Below the pieces are notes generated by a model. That model saw nothing but the letters and a program-made list of their open reading frames with translations. It did no database searches and was not told the origin of the DNA. DNA of 64,000 nt from Opitutales bacterium (GTDB lineage: Bacteria > Verrucomicrobiota > Verrucomicrobiia > Opitutales > PNEW01): NCBI GenBank assembly GCA_965197745.1, contig CBDANS010000006.1, positions 1,248,001 to 1,312,000 on the forward strand. Direction: 5' to 3'. Positions within the stretch are counted from its first letter, which is position 1, and every line of letters begins with the position of its first letter. Below, in pieces: positions 56,333 to 64,000 of this stretch. The position numbers were made by a program, and so were the translations under genes.

Positions 56333-58620
56333 CTAATTATTATCCCACTGGGCTCTGGTCCCCCGGAAGTAGAGAAAGGTTTGCCTGACCGGAAGATCGA
56401 CAGCAGCTTCCCTTACATCCCGTGCTATCTCAATATCACGGTAAACGTCATAAAGGCTTGTCTCCTGCGGAAATTTAAGTGTTCGCTTACCGGCAGTTGC
56501 CGTGTGCAGGGCAATGAATGAATTATTGGCGTAAAGCACATCATCACGAAAGTTATAAATATGCACTCCTGCTGTGGTCGCCATTCCCCGGAGAACGGCT
56601 GAAGTTAACTGAGGAGCCGCGGAATAATATACCTGCAAGCCTGCAAGCCATCGATATTTTTAGTGATTAAACCTGGCAGATCATGACCGTACAATCTACC
56701 CAGCACCACCGTCGAGGGGTCGTCACCATAAAAGATCGGGCCTACCAGGTTTCGTGCTCCTCCTTCCTGTATTCCATAAATACCATTTTCTTCAACTCCG
56801 GGTAAATGAGCGGCTCCTTTATCATTAATGACAACCTGAAGTTGACTTTCCCCTTCAAGCGTGGCGAGGCGAAGTCCAGTCAATGCGTAAGACCCCTCAA
56901 GATCTAATCTTTCTCCTACATAACCCGGTGCATAAATCCACAGCAATGCCTTGGCGCCCCTGTCAGGGAGTCTGCTAATCATCTCTTTTTGTATTGGAGA
57001 AACGTGGAAAGCGTTGAGAAAGATATAAAATTTATAAGGGCGGGCGAGTTCGAGATCATCCAGTAAAATGGTGTCAATGGGCGCGCCGATTTTTCCCAAC
57101 GGAAGCATCTGGTAGTAAAGGAGGGGGATGGAGAGACGTTTGTCACTACGCATCATCAAATTGCTGTACTCATCGACGACCACCGCGATTTCCGCCGATG
57201 AGCGACGGTCGAATTCAATGCTCCATTCCGCGATAGTGTTAAGTTTTTTAATTAATTCGAGCATCTCTGGCGAATCATACCAACCGCCGCCCATATCAAA
57301 CCACCAGGCCCCCGTCGCGTGGGTTAATTCATTGCTGAGTTGGCGTAATTGGGTGGCTTCTGTTTCCTTAAAATTGGTGGTTCGACCATAGCCCGCATCC
57401 TGTGATACGAGGTGTGTCCGGTAATCATTCTCATCCATCCACAATTTACTGTGGAGCTGAATGGATTCCTGCGGTGACATAAAAACGCTGTAACCGGTGC
57501 CCACTTCGCGGAATTCATATTGAGTTGGTGATGATAGAAAATCGATATAAGGTGACTTTAATAATTCACCCAGGGCAAAGTGTCCCTGTTCCTGGTAAGA
57601 ATCTAATATACGTTGGTACTGTCCACGGGAGTGAAGGGTATAGCCGTAAAAACTTCCCACCAGGCTCTCATAATTACAGGCTTCCTTTGCGGCCGCCGCT
57701 AAATAATTAATCATATCCTGAACAATCCATGAGTGAAATTGCATATAATCGATGACAGGCATACTTTTTTTTGGGTCACGGAACATAAAATAATCGCCAT
57801 TCTCCCGTTCTGCCTGCGTTGGAATGGTCACATTTTTTAATTCAATATCGGGATCATTCCATGCCTTGCGAAAAGCATTTTGCGTTCTGTATTTATCTCG
57901 CAACCAGAATTTAAATGCATTTAATTGAGGTCTGCTGAAATCGGCGACGGGACCTTGTTCAAAATTCCAATACAGCCACTCTTCCGTGCTCCCCGATGCA
58001 AGCTGATAGCCGATGACATTTTTGGCATAAGGTTGAGCTCTTATGTGCTCGATGAAGCGCCGCAAATTTTCAGCAGCATCTTCGCGCCATTTTCTCGAAG
58101 CAAAGGAAGGAACGCTTTTTTTTTGAGAGTCGTGGGGTGAGGGAACGAATTTGGGATCCATGATTCCACCCTCAAAAACCATGAGTTCGCTTTTATACAT
58201 TTCATCCCACCAGGATGGTGAGCAAATATAAATGCGCGTGAATATTTTAGCCTCCGGGTTGGCTTCAACTACTGTTTTAAATCTTCGATCCACCTCCGAG
58301 TAGTCATAGGTGTTGGGCCCTGTCCAGGTATCTGGCATTCTAAAATAAAATGAAGCATCACTGGTGGTGCTGAACGAAGTAAGGTCTACACCGATTTCAC
58401 CGAACTGCCGGAAATGATCCGGCTTAAAATTATAAGTCATATAACAAAAGCCAGTGTTGGGTTCACCGTCTATAAATAATGCTGTGGTTCCTTTATAGAG
58501 CATGATTTCAGACATAGGATGAGACTGCGCGTTCGTCACGCAGGAAGTAGAAAGAATCACCGCTACGGTGATTAGTGACGCAGTATTTATGAGATGTTTT
58601 AAAACAGAATCTAAAGTCAT
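56333..58620 (-). pseudogene. GH42-like (clan GH-A) glycoside hydrolase, frameshifted by an 8-bp duplication near the 3' end
   Basis: PSFASRKW, VIGYQLASGSTEEW, IDFLSSP, WMDENDYRTH, WWFDMGGGW. CCTGCAAG is duplicated at 56632-56647; removing one copy gives DGLQVYYSAAP. Confidence 0.75.
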
Positions 58621-58830
58621 TGGGGGAAGTATACCCTGGCTGCCATGAATAAAAGCGCAGGTCTTTTTTATTATAAGTTCATTTCATAGACCTGTAAATA
58701 GAGGACGATTATTTAACCCTCAATTTCAACGTTCGTGACAAGGAGGAAATATTAATATCGAGAACAATTTTATACCACCCGATAATAGAATCACCGCAAA
58801 TAGCTCACTTAGATTAGAGAAGACCCGGGG

Positions 58831-59589
58831 TTATTTATTATCCTGGTTTTCGGCAAAGAGAAACGGCATTTCCATTTCGACATAGATGAGCTTCCCATCT
58901 AATTCGACGGGTTCAAATTCCAATTTTAATGAGGCGACAAGCGCATTGGGCCCAAATTTTTCATGATCTGTGGAGACGATTTCCGGGTTGATCACGATTC
59001 CCTCTTTATCGATAACAAATTTCACGGTGGCTTCACCTTCGACACCACTACCTTTAAGTTCTGTGGGATATACCGGAAATACCATATTCTTTTGAGCAGG
59101 GGAATTTTTCAGTTTGCCTGCTTTGTATATTTTACCCTTCACTTTGGCAAAAACTTCCCGTCCCATCTTACTATTTAACTGTTCTTCTAAAGTGAGCGTA
59201 AAACTAAAAGGCAGCTGAACTTGCTTTGAAATGGGTTCACCATTTTTGCGTGCCGGGATAAATTGCCATTGTCTGATCGCATTCATGGAAGCCGTTCCAA
59301 AAGCTTCATGGGTTGCTGAAACAATCTCGGGATCAATAACTTTACCCTGCTTGTTGATCGTAAATTTTACCACCGCTTTTCCGGTGATGCCATCGTTGCG
59401 TAGCTCCTCGGGATACTCAGGTTTAAAGGTACGCGTTGGTTTCGGATTAGAGTTGCGGGTATCATCTTTACGATAAGAGCCATAAGCACCATAAGCGGGT
59501 GCGCCGCCAGTTAAATTTAATATAATCAGAATGATGAAGAGAATAGCTGTAAGGTTTGCGTGACGGTGAAATGGAAAATCAAATTTCAT
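58831..59589 (-). CDS. TonB-family protein with two TonB C-terminal domains
   Basis: PEYPEELR..GITGKAVVKFTI..G.V and PVYPTELK..GVEGEATVKFVI..G.V; WQFIPARKNG. Confidence 0.9.
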   Translation of the reverse strand: MKFDFPFHRHANLTAILFIILIILNLTGGAPAYGAYGSYRKDDTRNSNPKPTRTFKPEYPEELRNDGITGKAVVKFTINKQGKVIDPEIVSATHEAFGTASMNAIRQWQFIPARKNGEPISKQVQLPFSFTLTLEEQLNSKMGREVFAKVKGKIYKAGKLKNSPAQKNMVFPVYPTELKGSGVEGEATVKFVIDKEGIVINPEIVSTDHEKFGPNALVASLKLEFEPVELDGKLIYVEMEMPFLFAENQDNK

Positions 59590-59819
59590 ATGGATTTGTT
59601 AGTTGAATCTATTGCGTGTTTAAGTGAAATGTCTGAAGGCGGTAAATTACAATAGGCGATTGAGCACATACAAGAATTAAATAACATATCCAGTCGACGA
59701 TTGAATAATACTCATCTATTCAGGTTAATATTATCTTCAGAAGATCCCGCAAGGCAGATCTTAATCACGGCAACTAATTATGTTTGCCAGAGTGATCCTT
59801 TTATCACTTCAATTTTTGT

Positions 59820-60590
59820 ATGAGTGTAATTGATCAATTCAGACTGGAGGGTAAAGTCGCTTTAATATCCGGCGGGAATAGGGGTTTAGGATATGAAATG
59901 GCAAAAGCTTTGGGTGAGGCAGGAGCGTCACTCGCTATCGCCGCCCGCGATTCTCACCGCAATAAAGAAGCGACAGAAAAACTGCGGGAGATTCAAGGAG
60001 TCAAATGCGTGGGTTTAACTTGCGATGTTACCGATGAAAAACAGGTATCCGATACGGTGAGAAATACAGTCGATGAATATGGCAGAATAGATATATTAAT
60101 TAACAGCGCGGGTATTAATATTCGAGGATTTATTGAGAATCTGGACCTTGGTGAATTTCAGCAGGTGCAGGAAGTGAATGTCACCGGGACCTGGTTGATG
60201 TGTCGAGCCGCCGCTCCCATCATGAAAAAAAATAATTATGGACGGGTAATCAATATCGGTTCCACTTTATCGATTGTTGCCTTCCCTCAAAGAACACCCT
60301 ACGCCACGAGTAAAGGAGCCGTGCTCAATCTCACGCGAGCGTTAGCCATGGAATGGGCAACCAGCGGGATCACCGTGAATGCCGTTCTCCCTGGGGCCTT
60401 TACCACCGAGATGAATACCGCACTCCTTAATGATCCGGAAAAATATAAAGCGTCTTTATCCAAAATACCCATGGGAAGATGGGGTGAATTACATGAGATT
60501 GGCGGTATTGCTCTCTTCCTTGCCAGCGATGCCGCCAGTTATGTTACCGGTGCCAGCTTTGTCGTAGATGGGGGGTGGACGGCACATTAG
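59820..60590 (+). CDS. SDR-family oxidoreductase (gluconate 5-dehydrogenase-like)
   Basis: SGGNRGLG, INSAG, YATSK, VVDGGWTA. Confidence 0.95.
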   Translation: MSVIDQFRLEGKVALISGGNRGLGYEMAKALGEAGASLAIAARDSHRNKEATEKLREIQGVKCVGLTCDVTDEKQVSDTVRNTVDEYGRIDILINSAGINIRGFIENLDLGEFQQVQEVNVTGTWLMCRAAAPIMKKNNYGRVINIGSTLSIVAFPQRTPYATSKGAVLNLTRALAMEWATSGITVNAVLPGAFTTEMNTALLNDPEKYKASLSKIPMGRWGELHEIGGIALFLASDAASYVTGASFVVDGGWTAH

Positions 60591-60595
60591 GTGAA

Positions 60596-63001
60596 ATGAA
60601 TAAGACCAATAGACAAAGTGAATATAGTTTAACGATCCGTTCCGTAGATGATGGTGTTATAGCAGTCGATTTCCAAGAAGCTTCATTGCCAGCGAACCCC
60701 TCTTTCCTTATCCCAGATGCCAGCGGAGAAGTATTACCTCTGATGCAATCACGAGGTGAAGAGCGGCGGGCAACGACCAATACCCACGATATTTTAATAT
60801 CCGAAGACTCGATAATAATTCGAAGAAAAACAGACAGTGAAATTATATGTGAACTCTGTAATCCCTCGCTTGAAGGAACAGTCGTAAAATGTGATCGCAG
60901 TTATCCTTTTTACGGTATTGGGGCTAATAACTGGAGTGAATCTATTGATCGACGCGGGAAAAAATATTGTGTTCATCACCGTGTAACCCACCAGGGAAAC
61001 AATCATATGCCCTGGGTCTTATCCTCTCAGGGGTTTGGATTATTTTTTGATAGCACTTATCCGATGAGCATTAATCTTGAGGATAATTTTACGGTAAAGG
61101 GAAGTAATATTCGCAGCATTTATTTTATTGACGGCCCATCTCCCGCATTGGCTTTGAAAAAATATGTAAAGTTATCGGGACTTCCACCCATGCATCCGGC
61201 CTGGGCATTGGGGTATGAGCAGAGCTCGCGCACCTGGTTGAACCCGGGCGAGGTGGATTTTGTCACCACCTATTTTCGGAAGAAACATATTCCCTGCGAT
61301 GGATTTGTTTTTTTAAGCACCTATAATGGCAAAGGCACCGTCGGGCGATGGGGTCGAGGTGCTCATGCAGATTATCTGGAAGGGTATCAGGGGTGGAATA
61401 AATTTCAGGATTACAGCAGCTATAATCCCGCACTTTTTCCGGGCGGGAAAGGGGACATTCAGAAACTCATTGAGATGGGATTTCACCTTATAGTTCATAA
61501 TTATTTTGAAGGTGATTTCACCGATCCCGATGATCTGGAGCGGATCTGGAGTGAGCAGAAATTTCTTATCGAAGATGGCTGGGAAGGCTGGTGGCTGGAC
61601 GGCACGGAAACCGCATCCTCTCACAAGGTGATTCATATTCCGCAGCGCGGTAGAGATGAGAAAGCACTTACCGAGGAATTTAAAGATGAATACGACAATA
61701 TCTGGGCGATTCTACGGGCAAAGGGATTCTATGAACGTCAACGCCGAGATTTTCCTGACAAACGCGTTTACATTCTCAATCGAGCTGCCTTTTCGGGTAT
61801 GCAGCGTTACGCGGTGGGGGTGAACCAGGGTGATTACTGGGCCACCTGGAAACTGATGCAGTTGCAAACCCATTGGCTTTTGCATCATGGAACTTCCGGC
61901 GTCATCATGCCTGAGGCCGACATCGGCGGCCATTATGCGCATGAGGAACTGGATGACGAACTTTGCATCCGCTGGGCCTTCCTTGGCGCCTTCACCCCCA
62001 TCATGCGTTCGCATGGTCACAATTGGCGATGCAAATTACCCTGGGGTTTCGGTCCGCAGTATGAAAAAGCATTTACCTCTTTTATTCAGCTGCGGGTATC
62101 ACTTTTCCCCTATAACTATACCTTAATGCATGAAGCTAATCGCGATGGCATGCCCATGATGCGCGCCATGGTTTTAGAATTTCCCAATGACCGTCATACT
62201 CGATCATTGGGGGATCAGTTTATGTGGGGACCTTCTATTCTCGTTGCCCCGATTTATGAAAAAGGCGCGGTAAGTCGGAAGGTATATTTACCGGAAGGGA
62301 ATTGGGTGCATTACTGGACCTTAAAGTGTTATCGCGCTAAAACCGGTTTGAACTCGGATGCTGGAGAGAGCGATGGCCAGTTCGAAAAGCAGGAGGAAGA
62401 ACTGCAGGTTAATTTTGATATAGATGCGCCCCGTGGTCGCGATCCCCTGTTTTTGAAAGCGGGTAGTATAATTCCCTGCCGGGAACCTAGTGACACCATT
62501 CCTTTTCATGGAGAAATAAATCTGATTTTATGGGTTCTTCCAGACAGTCAAGCAGCTGAGTTCGAACTTTATGATGATGATCGAAGATCGTATAAATATG
62601 AGAAAGGTGAGTATTCGAGACAGGAATTTTCCATGAGTGCCTTGAATACATCAGGCGCATTTTCTCTTAAAATTGGAGAGATAAAGGGTGATCATGATGG
62701 GATAGTTCGGGAAAAATCCTATAGTCTGGTAATCCCGAAATCGCTGGTAGCGATTAACAATGTTTCCGTGAACGGTAACCCACTGCCTGTTGAACAAATT
62801 GCGGTTGATGAAGAATCGTTAAAGATTGAACCCCGAGGAACTGATCACTCCCACCCGTCGATACCAAAGTTTGTTCACGAAGGCGCGTTGTCTGCAGAAC
62901 CCTTGTTCCGTGATGCTCCCCCCTGCCTTGAAGATGAAAATAAATACGTGATCCGTTTAGCGCCGACCGGGGAATCAATCGTAGTCAGATTCAATGGGTA
63001 A
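60596..63001 (+). CDS. Glycoside hydrolase family 31
   Basis: PAWALGYEQS, IPCD, GWWLDGTE, GD acid/base, DIGG, PIMRSHG, QFMWGPSILVAP, VYLPEGNW. Confidence 0.93.
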   Translation: MNKTNRQSEYSLTIRSVDDGVIAVDFQEASLPANPSFLIPDASGEVLPLMQSRGEERRATTNTHDILISEDSIIIRRKTDSEIICELCNPSLEGTVVKCDRSYPFYGIGANNWSESIDRRGKKYCVHHRVTHQGNNHMPWVLSSQGFGLFFDSTYPMSINLEDNFTVKGSNIRSIYFIDGPSPALALKKYVKLSGLPPMHPAWALGYEQSSRTWLNPGEVDFVTTYFRKKHIPCDGFVFLSTYNGKGTVGRWGRGAHADYLEGYQGWNKFQDYSSYNPALFPGGKGDIQKLIEMGFHLIVHNYFEGDFTDPDDLERIWSEQKFLIEDGWEGWWLDGTETASSHKVIHIPQRGRDEKALTEEFKDEYDNIWAILRAKGFYERQRRDFPDKRVYILNRAAFSGMQRYAVGVNQGDYWATWKLMQLQTHWLLHHGTSGVIMPEADIGGHYAHEELDDELCIRWAFLGAFTPIMRSHGHNWRCKLPWGFGPQYEKAFTSFIQLRVSLFPYNYTLMHEANRDGMPMMRAMVLEFPNDRHTRSLGDQFMWGPSILVAPIYEKGAVSRKVYLPEGNWVHYWTLKCYRAKTGLNSDAGESDGQFEKQEEELQVNFDIDAPRGRDPLFLKAGSIIPCREPSDTIPFHGEINLILWVLPDSQAAEFELYDDDRRSYKYEKGEYSRQEFSMSALNTSGAFSLKIGEIKGDHDGIVREKSYSLVIPKSLVAINNVSVNGNPLPVEQIAVDEESLKIEPRGTDHSHPSIPKFVHEGALSAEPLFRDAPPCLEDENKYVIRLAPTGESIVVRFNG

Positions 63002-63017
63002 ATGTAGATTGAAGTAT

Positions 63018-63902
63018 TTATGCCTCTTTTGGCCGCACCTTTATTATCGGGTTGTTGAGCCTTAATCCGCAGACTCCCGTATTATCAAATCTGTGCACCA
63101 CAAGGTTGTCCAACGAAGCGGCAAGAAGTATATCGCGATTGGGTCCCGCAAAAGCGACATCAGTCGGTCCCCGTAACGCTTCGCCTTTCCAATCTTCAGC
63201 GAAACATTTCAGTTCGCCGGTTAGCTCATTGAATACATAGATCGCGTCCGGCCGATGGCAGGCAATCCAAATGCGTTCTTCTGCATCAAAAGCGATGCCG
63301 TCTGGAATGCATCGGGGCATGTGCACGACACGCTCATAAGCGCCAGCCGTGCCATCCCTGTTAATAGCTATTTTGGCGATACTATTGCCATAGGTTTCTA
63401 CGAAGTAAAGATACTGTTCATTGGCGTCCAGTGCTATTGCGTTTGGGGTATTGACCGCTTCGGGATACCAGAGTTGGGCGGTGCCGCCACCGGGGGCAAT
63501 TTTATAAATATGCCCGTTAATCTGATCGGACCAGTCACCGCTGTCCGACAGATACATGTTACCGTCTCGATCAAATGCCGGATAATTGGTACAAAGAAAA
63601 TTTTTGCCGCCGGGGCCGGAGGCATAAGAGCTCTCTTCACCGTCGGGGGTAATCCGAATTACTTTACCCGAGGTATCGGCGCAGTATATATTTCCATCCG
63701 CATCGATCACCTGTCCAAGCATCCGTCGGGGCGCGGTCGAGGCGAACTGGGCAGCGGTATTGGTTTTCAAATCCAGGCGATAGACCTGGCCCCCGGTACC
63801 GGTGGTGTAAGCTTCTCCCTGATGTCCGATGGATATTGATTCGGGGTGGTCGACTCCACGTATATGGACAATAGCATTTAAATCGAAGGGATGAACTGAC
63901 AT
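63018..63902 (-). CDS. SMP-30/gluconolactonase/LRE-family protein
   Basis: DHPES, MYLSDS, TPNAIAL, IPDGIAFDAEERIW, PTDVAFAG. Confidence 0.92.
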   Translation of the reverse strand: MSVHPFDLNAIVHIRGVDHPESISIGHQGEAYTTGTGGQVYRLDLKTNTAAQFASTAPRRMLGQVIDADGNIYCADTSGKVIRITPDGEESSYASGPGGKNFLCTNYPAFDRDGNMYLSDSGDWSDQINGHIYKIAPGGGTAQLWYPEAVNTPNAIALDANEQYLYFVETYGNSIAKIAINRDGTAGAYERVVHMPRCIPDGIAFDAEERIWIACHRPDAIYVFNELTGELKCFAEDWKGEALRGPTDVAFAGPNRDILLAASLDNLVVHRFDNTGVCGLRLNNPIIKVRPKEA

Positions 63903-64000
63903 AATAATAGGGTTTTAGGAATGCGGCTATCGTTGCGGTGCCTGAGAAGAATAGTGATTGCTTATACTTTCTTTCGCCATGTCTTGCCAGTGGTGTTGCG

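Noticed and set aside
63925..64000. 3' end of a minus-strand gene at the window edge
   Set aside because: Two frames are plausible and too little sequence is visible to choose.
1..64000. CRISPR array, tRNA or rRNA genes
   Set aside because: No regularly spaced direct repeats with unique spacers and no recognisable structural RNA gene were seen by eye.

Overview
A 64 kb bacterial window, mostly about 45% GC by eye. It probably comes from a Verrucomicrobiota/PVC organism; this is inferred from a PEP-CTERM protein with autotransporter-associated beta-strand repeats, a tandem-domain TonB, a sulfatase and several PhyH genes. The left third (2.3-22.7 kb) is a respiratory island. It holds azurin, a cytochrome c, an A-family heme-copper oxidase operon in unusual order whose subunit I lacks the K-channel lysine, and a Nitrospira/Nitrospina-type 'bd-like' oxidase (no cydB) with three membrane c-type cytochromes. 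Facing these is a convergent operon (Mrp ATPase, Zn-ribbon protein, radical SAM/SPASM enzyme, multidomain USP protein, GNAT) in which three proteins carry five copies of the PCP_red (BchB/ChlB C-terminal) domain. That operon is my best candidate for an undescribed cofactor-maturation or assembly system. The middle holds an Opp-type ABC transporter with three tandem SBP-permease fusion genes, one broken by an IS1595 element that carries a passenger gene. The right part is mostly catabolic and housekeeping genes. Small structural signals include an inverted-repeat-flanked four-helix-bundle cassette, a MITE/REPIN-like element, two probable CTG-start genes, three frameshifts and an orphan terminator suggesting an sRNA. 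All family calls come from motif recognition by eye; no searches were run.
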